Shown here: positions 1 through 17,254 of the stretch, piece by piece
Position numbering within the stretch: position 1 is the first letter of the stretch
Layout: each line of letters starts with the position of its first letter
Assembly (NCBI GenBank): GCA_046563655.1
Contig: CM102290.1
Location: 992,001-1,056,000 of the forward strand
Direction of reading: 5' to 3'
Length of the DNA: 64,000 nt
Source of the DNA: Yuukianura sp. NJ FZ-2021
Taxonomy: Eukaryota
The notes under the pieces: generated by a model
What the model was told of the DNA's origin: nothing
What the model saw: only the letters and a program-made list of their open reading frames with translations
Database searches by the model: none
Position numbers and translations under genes: made by a program

Positions 1-2515
1 ATCAGTTCCCCACCAATTCCTGCGGTGGTGGGGACTTTACAGAAATCGACTTCTGTTAAGAAATGTGCCAGACAGTGCACAATTGCATATCTCCTTTGGT
101 GTCATGTCCCATTAGGTATCTTCTGCAATTGAAGTCATCGTCATCTTTGGAGTTACAAGAGGCAGAGTGAATTTGGGAGCGATAGCTGAATCTTCCATGT
201 TGTACGACTCCTAAATCATTAGATCTCTGAACAAATTCAACTGACTACTACAGTTTTCATTTGATCAATTGGCCTTGAATGACTCTTTGTTCCCATTAAA
301 AAGCGAACAGCGATTACGGTGCGGTTTTGGTTGGTTGCGGTTAGACGACCAGGACAATATGCGTCTAGTATTTACAATTCCCAGGAACACAGATTCTACT
401 TAGAAGCAATCAAATCAAATGATGTTAATTCAACAATTGATGTCATAATTTTTTTTAACAAAGGTACAACATGAGTTAACAGGAAGTGTCCATTCAAACA
501 GTTTTTGTCATATTTGTTATTCAGAATTTTGAACAGATTAAATATTCAAATGTGCTTTTTTTGTCTGTAGGTACTGTTTGTAAACATGACATATTCGTGT
601 ACAACTACTAAAAACTTTGAAAAGTCATACAAATAACAACTGTAAAACTGGAACAGTACAGTTTTTGTTTACGATAACAAATCTAATACTTACTCCAACT
701 TTTCAAGATTTCATTCATTCAATAAAAAATTAATTTTGACACTCATGAAGTCGTTTGGTGACGTCCAGCAACCGGAGGATGCGGATGTGGTCGGGGGTTG
801 TCAAAATTCGTAGCAGTTCATAATGGCGAAACCAAAATGAGCTACTCCAATAAGAGCTAAAAAATATGGGCTACTCCAGAAAGGGCTACACTCCAACGAC
901 TGTACGTCAGACCAGTAAAAAATGACACTCCCATGTCATTCAGTTTTGCAAGCGATGCAGATGACCTCGGTTAGTTTTTTTTTTCGTTGTATCAATGACC
1001 CCAATCCAACCCCAAATGTTATGAAAATTGTAAGTAAAGTGCCGCAATTTCAATTAAAGCGCTTTCCGATATCAGAGATTTGAAGTTCTAACTTTGCGGT
1101 TGCAGCGTCTGCTTCTGTCGCAAGTATAGCAAGTGTCACTCACAACATCACGACTTGAAGATGGTATTTGCAATGTAAAGGACTCGTGTCAAGTGATAAA
1201 ATAATACAAAGACCAATTGAGCAAAGTTAACAAGGTTAAAGTTTACTTTGTAGTAAGGTTCTTTGGAATAGTGTTCCTGGATGAAGCTTTATGACGCAGG
1301 TTGTCAAATAAGAATTTGACAAGCGGCGTCATTGTAATCTCATGTTTCAAAACGCCCGGCGTCTTTCCGTGTATAACCGTCTGAGAATTAAAGAACATTC
1401 ACGATTCACAGAAAAATAAGCGTCTCATGCGGAAAAGTGTTTCAATTTGGAAAAAAAAATCCTTTAATTTTAGAACATTTTCATCGACATTTGCAAAAAA
1501 AGAGTGAAATTGTAATCAGGATGAGTCCTAAAGTGTGTTCTAATTGTAAACTTTGACAATCTAATTTAAACTTTCCGTTTAAAGCATATCTTTCCTTGAA
1601 ATTTAGTAAAAAATCAATTCTAAGCGCGAACGCTCAAAAAATTGTTCGTGTAATAAATTCTAATGCAGGAAGTGAAAAGCCTCGAAAATGGACCAATACG
1701 ATAGAAATTGCGAAATAGGCGCGTGCTTTTTTTTTCTTTCGTTTTTGGTGTGTATTGTAAAGGAAGATGGCAATGAAGAAATCCATTTTCATCATTCTGC
1801 ATATTAAAAACCATGTTATATGTTTTTACTTGAAACATGATTCAACTACTAACAAGGTTATTACGATATACAATATACATAGTTGTACATTGCAAAGTTA
1901 ACTATTTTTTTTAACCATTAATAAACAATGCTTCTGTAATGCTTAATAGTTAGTTTCTATATTAAGTAAAAAAAAAAACTTTAAACACACTTAATTTGAA
2001 ATTAATACGGCTTAATTTCAAAGTTCGAGTCAAACAATAAAAAACGTTTTGACTATAATGGGGTTCCAATTAGGAGCGATCAATAGTTACTTTTTTGATA
2101 ACCTTAACATTTCAGAGTAAGCAGAAATCGGCAAGCCCAATAAACTTGCATATGAACAGTAAAATATTTTAGTGTTCAATGACTGTCTAATTCCAATTAC
2201 TTGTTAACATTGCAAGAATCGACTGTTAAGTATGCAATTTGAAGTTACAAAACAATTGCAAAAAAGTCATTCGCTAAGTTATTGCGTAAATTTGTCAGTC
2301 TAAAAACCAAGTTATGACGTTTTCATCAGTGATGAGTCATTACTCCAATCCTAGGAAGCATCGTTACCTAGAAGCAGCTTCAAGGTTAGTACTAATTAAA
2401 AAAAACTTTCATTTTAAAGTATAAATAGAAATAGGAATTTTACGCATAAATACATCTTAAGTTATAAACTACGAACCTGATGTGACCTCAGAATGATATT
2501 GAAAATGAGCCCATG

Positions 2516-7917
<5,402 letters not shown>

Positions 7918-10400
7918 CGCCGTCCGTGGAAGACGAGAGAGAAACGTTGACCTCTGACACGGATCTGTCCAACCAAACTTATTCTGAGATGTCTGTAAAA
8001 ATCAAAACCCAAATTTAGCACAATGGAGGCAATTCTATTCAGTCCACACCTCCGTGTTTACGAACAATGCTTTTGTTCAATCTAAACCTACAAATGGTCA
8101 CTATTTAGTAAGAATTGTTTCCTTTCACTTTTATTATTGTGTATACTCGATTCACAAATTGTATTGTTAATTGTTTGTTTATGAAAGTATGCATTAAATA
8201 AGTTAAGTACTACCGACACAGCCAGCCGACTCTTGTTTGTCCTGCTAGTGGAAAAGTTTACGATTGAATCAAATGTTTGACATTGTGAATTTATTATACT
8301 ACGACACATTAATAATTAAATTTAGCAAAATCTTAAGAAATTTGAGAGATGCCTTACCACCACTTCTAGCGTAGTTTCAGTTCTAGCAGTTTTCAACGGC
8401 GTAATTCAGTAAACACTGGAAATTCGAAATCGAGGGAAACTTTTAAAAGTTATTTCCGTTTCGAAAGACTTTATATACTTTTACATTTTAAATAAATTTA
8501 ATCATTGCAATAGAAATAAACCCAGAAAACAAATTTAACAGAGTTGGACTCGTTTCTCTTACAAACAATTTTTGATTATAGTTTTGTGGGCAGTGACCTC
8601 AGAAGTGCTTGGTGAATTGCCTAGCACTGCCGCATGTTCCGAAGCCTAAAACTTGTTAGGTTTTTAGCATCCTACCATCATACCATTTTAAACCTATGCC
8701 ACAACGTTAGGTCCCAGTAACCAAACAAGGATTTAAGCCTATAGAAAGAAAGTGGTTACCACCACAAGTAGGGTGGGAATATGGTACTAGGTTGGCGCAG
8801 ATGCCAACTTAAAACTTCCCTGCTACAGTACATAAATCCAAGCATTTCCCTGGTCCTCAGGATTCTGGTGTAGGTAAATTCAAAGTACTTAAGGATCATG
8901 ATGCTAAAAACTCTTTTGTTCTTTTCCGTGCCTGGTGGCCAAGTTTTTCCAAGACGCATCAACAACAATGAAAATCCATTCACTCCAACCTTAAAACACT
9001 CCGTTTAGTACTTGAAATTTAAAACTGCAACCAACATGCTTTTTTCAATTTGAAATTCCAGTAAAACTGTGGAAGATTTATTAGAATTTAATGATGCACT
9101 AAGACGCTTAAGAATTTGACGGTTCCACGATATTGTACATTTGGTAAAACGCACTGACTACATTTTTAGTTGAAAACGGCGTCTACTGAAAGTTAAAAAC
9201 AAATTCTTATATTAATCCAAACCCAATACTAGTAGTTATTAATATTAATAGCAGCGAGAGCTACTTTTTCTTGTTGACTCCACTTAATCGACATAAATGA
9301 TTACTTAGCTATCTACTATTGGCTACTATTGGCAATGTACTATTCTAGCCTGGAGCTAGAACAAACGAACAAAAATGACAACAGACAAGGCAAACAATGA
9401 ATTGCGTCACATCTACACTTGAACCACATCTCCTCCATTACCGTGAACTGAATTTAAAATTTTCAAGTCTAGCTTCACTAGTTTTCTTTGAAGAAAAAGT
9501 TTCAAAATAGGATAGGAAATTGAACAAGGTAGACGCCAGTTACAGGTTTCAGAACCTCTCTAAAGTCAAATTTCAAATTTTCCAAGTTCTTAAATTTCTT
9601 GTTGCTTCACTCAACGTGATTAGTGTGGTGATGTTATCGCATCGCTTCATAATTTTTGATATCATCGCTTTAACAGTCAGTTAACTCCAATTTCAATTGT
9701 CTTCAATACTGTTGTTATTTTTGATTTAGAAACAGCTAAACTTTTAGTAACACTTCGTACAACCTATCGTCAATTCTCGTTGTTCTGAATGGAAGTGAGT
9801 GTTGTTTGCTTTCTACAAGACTTGAAACAGTGGTGTAAGTGTAACCTTGTGGTTAGTTAATTTCAGTTTCAATTACTTATTTGTAATTTTTTCATTTCCA
9901 AAACCAGAAAAATGTGAATTCGTTCCAAACTGGAATTTGGTCATGTTGATGCTGAAGTTGATTATAGTAGAAGTGTTAAATTCTATGAGGACTTTGGTCT
10001 CCTTTAAGAATTGCTTCTCCAATCAAAAGTTACAGCACAATAAAGTGTCTTTCATCGTCAATTCTGGATAGTCTTCTCGATTAATTAGTCAGGGCCAAGG
10101 CGTCAACAGATTTTGACTCAGTATTAAACTGGAGTAGTTCGCACATCAGCAACTCTTACGTAGTTTACATTTCAGCATCAAGATTATCAGCAGCCTCTCA
10201 GTCATTAAGGCCAGATCATTAACTTAAACTGTTAAACACCTACAGCACCAGTGGTGACACAGCAAAGAAGACTACTCCATGAGTGTGTTTTATATGTGAG
10301 TAGTTTGAATTTTACTTCCGGCAACTTTGATGTTGCTTGCCCCACAAATCCATCAAATTATTTTTAATTGACATTGTGTTGTAACTAACTAATGAAGAGG

Positions 10401-13394
10401 ATGAGCAATTCTGGAGATCATGGAGGATACTACAACTATGGTTACAGTTCTTCTCTGCCAAGTATTCCAAATCAAGCTCACAATGAACTGCACTCCGTAA
10501 GTTACGTTTTGTTAAGTACTACAATTTATATGTGTTGATTGTTGAATAAGAGAAATATTTCCGGAAGAGTGTAGTGTAGTAATGTAATAAGGAAAAATGC
10601 TTTCACTGAAAAAAGAAAAGCATTTTCTCCAGAAAATGGAAATAAAAGAGAAAGTGAGGGGCGTCATTAACAATTCGGTAAGGATAAAACTGATAAAAGT
10701 ATAATTAATTACCATAACCTGAGTTTTCTAAAGTAAACTTTTGTGCAAAGTATTTTTTTAAATAAATTTTAATCGACAATTATAATTAATTTGTCGATAA
10801 TTTAAATCAAAGTGAACTTTTCTAAATATTTTATGGAGAAAGCAGAGGTGAAAGATGCAAAGAAAAAAAGCAAAAGGCGGAAAAGTCGTGGCGCAAATTT
10901 CGAAGGCTCAAAAAGTTTTGAAATTTTTCGAATGACACTATGGCACATACGCAGCCTGGCGCGACCGAGTCGCAAATCGAAAAGTCGCTCCCAGGAGCGA
11001 CTAGTCGCAGCTGACAGCGACCTGGTCGCAGCCAGGTTAGGAAAAGTCGCAAGTGGAAGCGACTTTGTAGTTTTTCGCGTTTAGGACGTATTTCCCACCG
11101 GTGAAAGTTTGAGTTTTTTAATTTAATAGAAAGAAAAATACTTTTTTTAAATTTTCACCGTGGGGTTTCTTGCCCTTCGGACCGGTTACAAAGTTATTCA
11201 AAAAACCGTTTTCAAACCCCAAATTCTCGCTGTTTAAGGCGTTTATTTTTCATAAGCAGGGTACCACGATTTAGGAAATTTTGTCTAGTTTTTTAATCAG
11301 TAATTTGTATTTCGATTGCTTAAACAGTTTCCGAGATATTTTCAAAAAAGTGAAGGGAAGTCGAGAAGGTCGCCGCTAGGATAGGCCGGGCCGCAGCCTG
11401 GTGCGACCCGAGAATTAAAACCAGGGCACAAATCGGCAACGTTGCAATGGATTAATTTCTCATTATAACCTGAATTAATCCAATGTTCAAATAAATGAAA
11501 TAATTCTTAATAATTTTAACTGAAATATATTTTAGATCAACTAGCTTTTAACACGACATGTTCATGTTACCCTTACTATCTTTGGTATGTTAAAGCAGTG
11601 CACGTAGTTCGTATAATTCGTATAATACAACGTACAATAGTTAATGCCCATAGTTTTCAGGATGCCCCAATGCTAAATACATTCAGTTTGTAAAATACGT
11701 ATTATACAATTATACGTATAATACGGTAGAATACTGTATCCCAAAAATACAGTATTTTACGTGCCCTGTGTTAAAGTATTAGTTCAACCTCACAAGTTAA
11801 GAATTTTAATATCAAGGACTTTTTAAGGGTAATTTTAGGGTAAAGAGACAATTTTGATATTTTAACCAATTTTTGTCAAAACAAAAAAGAACGTGGTTTA
11901 AACCAAGAACCAGGTTTCTTTTGTTTTTTTTTTAATTAAAAACCGAAAACCAAACAACCCTGTGTCCACTGTATTCCGTGTCTATTGGTTCTGTTTTTGT
12001 CTTTCAAAAGGATCATCATGGCTGACGTGCTTCGTCATTTCGTTAAGATTTATTTTATTATAAATAATTTATACGGATTTTTATCACAAGAATAATTATT
12101 ATTCTTGTGATAAAAATCCCTTTAGAAATTGTATTTACCAAAAATTAAAAACGTGATTTTAATCAGTATATAATGTATAAAATAGTGCTTGAATGTAAAA
12201 CTGCACACTAAATATAGGCAACAGCGCTTTTCAAAAAAATTTGCGACCGGTCGCTTCCAGTAGCGACTTTCCGTGCTTTGGTAACAAAATCAACAGATGG
12301 CTCTCGCAAGCGGTCGCTCCTGGAAGCGTTTTAGTCGCAGCCTCGAGCGACCCAGGGTCGCTCCCAGATGCGATTTGGTCGCTCCAGCTCGCGTAAGTGC
12401 CATACTGAATGAGAGAAGAAAATGAAAATTATCCACAAAAAATTTCTAAAAACGTAGATTTTTATCTTTAATTGAAAATTTTTGAAGTTTAAAGTTGGTA
12501 CTTGAGTAATTAATTGTCAAGATTGGTTACACGGATTCCTATTTTCAGCATACCATGACGGGAGGTGGTGGCGGCGGTGGTGGGGACAGAGCCACTTCCG
12601 CAGCTACCCTTCTGTCTTGGAGAAAACTACATCTGAGTCGTGCTAAATTAAAGGCGATCAATAAAACATCCGCCCTGATGTCAGGGTTCGCAATGGTAAG
12701 CCATTTTGTTCAATTGATTAATGAAACTAACTAGATGATGAAATAATATTGGATTGTTGACTCCACAGGTAGCCATGGTCGAAATGCAGTTGAGCGAGAA
12801 AACTAAAGTACCGCCTGGCTTACTGGTGGCCTTTGTCATTTGTACTAGTCTATTAGTGGCAGTTCACATGCTGGCTCTTATGATCAGCACTTGCATTCTA
12901 CCCAATGTGGAAGCCATTTCCAATTTACATAACATCAATATTGTTGAAGAATCTCCCCATGAGAGGATGCATTGGTAAGAATTGAAGCAAAACTTACCCG
13001 GGCTCGGTAGCGTTACCATCATCATGTCGACTTTGTTTCTCAACTCCTGACGATTGACCTCTTTCCTTTGTATTCTAGGTACATTGAAGCTGGTTGGGCG
13101 TTTAGTACCGTTCTGGGTATATTCCTTTTCCTATGTGAACTGGCGATTCTCTGTTGGGTCAAGTTTTACGACTACTCAATAATGGCCGCGTCGTCTGCCA
13201 CCATCGTCATGGTTCCAGTTCTTATTCTATTCATGGGCTTCGCTGTACACTTCTACCATAAGTTAGTAGCTCATAAGTATGAACTCACCGAGTCCGGACT
13301 CAGAGAATTAGAGCAGCTTAAGATCCAGTTGGATTCTACTGTCACAAGTCTTGTCTCCAACTCCAACAGCAGGAACGACGTCAGTATTGTTTAG
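10401..13394 (+). CDS. Orai: Orai CRAC calcium channel; exons about 10401-10496, 12549-12695, 12769-12974, 13079-13394
   Basis: [66 protein letters not shown] and FAVHFY are Orai TM1-TM4 motifs. The upstream exon 10401-10496 joins in phase 0. A further micro-exon at 10279-10295 is possible. Confidence 0.92.
10936..12407. mobile_element. Non-autonomous Transib-like DNA transposon in an Orai intron
   Basis: Imperfect ~38-bp TIRs: CACTATGGCACATACGCAGCCTGG... at 10936 and the reverse complement CAGTATGGCACTTACGCGAGCTGG... ending at 12407. Exact 5-bp TSD AATGA at 10931-10935 and 12408-12412. Many GCGAC/GTCGC subterminal repeats; no transposase ORF. Confidence 0.8.
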
Positions 13395-13983
13395 ATCCTG
13401 AAGTGAATGGATACCACCGACCGGGTTGAAGGCCGCAGGAATCGTCTTCATGCCCAAACACTCCTGTACATTTCTGGTGCGAACAATTTGTAAACATTTT
13501 CCTGTGATTACTCTACTACTTTTACCTACCGATATTCGCTAACCAGACATGACGTTTCCCCTTCATGCGCTAAAGGTTTTTGATATTTTAAAACCTTTGT
13601 CAAACGATTCTGGCGAGATTTGATTTATACAAAGTGCTTTTTATTTTAATTATTTCTTTAAATCACAATCAAAATCCTCTGCTTCCAGGTACATCCGTTT
13701 GAATTCAGAGGTAACATGTGACGTTTATCACTATTAGCAATTATAGTAGTATCTTCGTCCCGTCCCGTTCGCACTCAAAGGGAGTAAATAACATTTTTGA
13801 ATAACATAAGCAAAAGATGAGGTTGACCGTGGGATAGGAAGATGTTAAAAACTGACTCTTCATATAATTGATGCTAACCTGGATGGTTGTATACTAAAAT
13901 CGAACACGAAATAAACAAGTGAATAATTAAGACTGACGCTTTTTCAATTGGTTTGATTAGAAGTGTTCGAATTCTTACCATTT

Positions 13984-16900
13984 TTAAAGACTTGATTGAA
14001 TACTGACGATTAGACTGGCAAGGAGAATCAGCGGAACAGAAATTGGTAAAAATTGAGACGATCCGCTAGAAGTCTCTGATGGTACCACAAGCTCTTGTCC
14101 GTAGCGCGCCAAAAAATCTAAAATTACGCCATTGCTCCATCCAAACCCAATGACAACTTCGTACTCCCCTCCGCCTCCGGCATTTCCTGGTGTAACAACA
14201 TCATACTGCAAAAGAAAAACAAACTTGATTAACTTTACTCTTAACTACTAATTGAAAACCATCAACTATAACATGCGTTTCCTACTTTCTCCATCATGAT
14301 GCCGTTCTTCTCATAGTGTTTAAAGTTTCCAAGGGTCCATCTTTGGGCAATATCAAAAGCTAGAGTTTGTGCAGTCTTGCTACTGGATTTGGCCAAAGCG
14401 TCAACAACGAGATGCTCCAAAGGAGCCCAGCCGTTGGGGTAGTCCCATTGCTCGCCTAAGTTTGCCAAAAACGTAACGATTAATGCTTAATTTCCGGAAT
14501 TATTAATGTTGTTTTACCTACCAGTCTGTTGAAGTGAAGTGGGCACTCCGCCTGGATACACGAGGGCTCCACTCTGGCCGAGATAGTTGACAACACGGTC
14601 AACCTGGGTGTCGTTGACCCCGGCCCAGAGTGGAATGACATTGCTCATATAGAACCCTGTTCTTTGCTGGCGTTCCTTCAAGTCATAGTCAAACCATGCT
14701 CCCTGTTCTTCATTCCATAATACTGCCATGATAGCATCTTGTAGCCTCAAAGCGTAGTCAGTAAATTCGGTAACTTTTTGAGAGTTTCCAATCTAGGCAA
14801 ATAAAAACTTCGATCTAGAAAAAAATTTCATAAAATAGTATTTAAAAAAAATCAAAAGAAGAGTTACCTCTGTTGCGAATTGGGAGAGAATGATGGCATT
14901 CTTGTACAAGTAAGCGTTCAAATCTGCAGGTACGACATTCGTTGTTCGAGTGTGGACGAGACTTCCTGTAAAATCAGACAGCAGTAATTAATTGTTAATT
15001 CAAAACTCATACCGGAACATTACTCAACTAACCAGTTTCTCCTTCCGGTACATTCCACCACCTAGAGGAGAAATCCCATCCAGATTCTGCTCCAGAGTGA
15101 AGGTCGGTATACAGTCGAGTCCGTTCGGCTTCTGGAAGGTGGTGAGCTAGCTCATAATCCTCCCTAAGAACAACAAAATTGTTAAAAAATTATACATGTC
15201 TTAGTTAAAACCAGTCAAGGTTCGTAAACAAACAAATTGTTTATTCTACACCAGGTTGTCCAATAACTCGACGTTTTTAATTTTCTCAAATAATTTGCAA
15301 AACCTGCGTCGCCGTGCCTTTCTATGGTAATGATTTGTATGTAATTTAATAAGAATTGGGGGAAAACGGAGGGGGGGGGAGGAGGGGAATTGTTTGCAGG
15401 AAGATTTGGGTTATTGGACAACCTGTTGAAGGAAATACACTTCGTTGTATTTCGGTTGTAAAGGCACCTTGAGGGTAGTTCCATAATTTGTTGTGTACCT
15501 GAAGGATTCTGGGCGCGGTTCATTCTTCGTACTGTTGAAAATAGCTAATTTGTGAACATTGTTGTTTAGATCGGTGACTGAAACCATGTGGTGGTCAATC
15601 CAGTATTTAAATTCCTTCTCCAGGGTTGGGAAAACCTTGTTCACATACGTCAGTACGTCGCCGCCATTTTTCCGCAGTGAGTCCACATAATTTTGAACCA
15701 TAGGAATCAATAATGGTGGCTGACTCCGGCGGTAGTAAATGCGACCTCCATTAGGAACAAAGCCATAGTCTTCATTCTCAACCATCTCCAGAAAATTGTC
15801 AATCATTCCTTGAACAGTGACGTTCATTTGCGAATGTAGGAGTCCAATTTGAATCCAGTATGAATCCCAGTAATAGAACTCTCTAAATCTCCCTCCAGGA
15901 ACAATGAGTCCATTGCTAACGTATATAATTGAGAAGCGTTCGGGTTCCCTCTTCACTGCCTCTTTGATTTTCCTCCCTAATTTATTCCAGAATTCGTTGA
16001 GCTTGAGTCCCCAGTTGTACAACTTAGGATCTTTAATTTTCTCCAGAAAAGCGGGATCTGGAATCCAATCTTCTGGAAGCCATGGTTCAAATTCGTTTCC
16101 TAAAAAAAACAAGATTTAAATTGAAACAGATTCACTTACTACAAACAATATAGAAATGTGTAAACGTTTTCAAAGTCAAAAAAGTTGATCTGATTACCTT
16201 GATCAAAATACAAATGGACGAATTGTCGAAGATCATCTTGACTTGGATTCTCTAACCGATCAAATGCTGTTAGAACAATGTCCGGTGTGTAGCCCGGACG
16301 AATAGACATATCCACAAATGTTTTTGAATCTTTGAACAACTTTGCCATTTGAATAGTTTCTAGGAACTTCCCCGTGCAGTAGATTTCACTAAAATTAAGA
16401 AAAAATCAAATTAAATTTTAAATCGAACAGATAACAACGAAACCATCACACATTCCAGTAGTATTGAATCAGCACTGGCGAGGCGTCTTTTAGCCACACG
16501 TCAACGTAAAGGTCAATGTCATGAACTAAAGTGAAATTTCGTCGTGCATACCAAATAATTCATGTTTGAACGTGTTTTTAAAAAATCGTCAGTTTTACGA
16601 TTTTAAGAATGCTACCGGTGAGAGGTGTAACTGTCATCGTTAATTTTTTCCAACCTTGTATTTCAATTGAAGCGCTGCTGTCAAGTAAGCGAATTGTAAG
16701 CGAATACGAATGAGCAGTGCTACTCTGATTTCAATGTCAATACAATCGCCTCATTTCCAACTTCCGCAATTGAACTTCATTTACACGAGTCACGCTTTTT
16801 CACAATTAATACTTAAACTAAAGTGTTAAATTTTTACTTATGTTGGAGATGAAATAGGCCCAAGTCCAGAAGCATTCTTCTGTACAAAAAGCAGGACAAA

Positions 16901-17068
16901 AGAGTCTACTTTTTCAATGTCATTGCCAAATGACATTGTAGTACTCCACATGTTTCATTTTTGAAATAATTTTGAAAATTGTGCTTACCTACTGCATGGC
17001 GGTTCAATTTGAGCCAGAAGGTTAGGTACGGAGAAAGTGAAGAGAGAAAGTATAAGCGTCCACTCCAT
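13984..17068 (-). CDS. Treh: Trehalase (GH37), signal peptide and hydrophobic C-terminus; multi-exon span
   Basis: Signatures PGGRFREFYYWDSYW, GFVPNGGRIYY, RSQPP, PRPESFR, GAESGWDFSSRW, QWDYPNGWAP and GFGWSNG. First exon from ATG 17068 reads MEWTLILSLFTFSVPNLLAQIEPPCSS|EIYCTG. Confidence 0.93.
15216..15471 (-). mobile_element. CAAGG-ended MITE, copy 1 (trehalase intron)
   Basis: Internal inverted repeat CAGGTTGTCCAATAAC / GTTATTGGACAACCTG and CAAGG...CCTTG ends. Homologous, in reverse orientation, to the copies at 28750 and 32081. Confidence 0.75.
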
Positions 17069-17254
17069 GGTCCAGTCGTGGGCAGTTTTTGGCGGCGGCA
17101 AACTAATTCCTTTTATTCTAACGTTTTTCTCAATTTTTTTTTGTTACTTACACAGTAGTATAAAATAATTTGAAACCACAGTTAGTAGTTGCACTTTCAG
17201 TTCTAACCGATGAGTCCTAATTGTAATTCTTGACTTTTTAATTACAATTACGAA

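Noticed and set aside
1..210. Exon-like minus-strand stretch and small hairpin at the window start
   Set aside because: All three minus frames stop within the segment and I recognise no product.
10812..11084. 90-aa basic ORF
   Set aside because: It straddles the Transib-like TIR inside an Orai intron and has no coding features.
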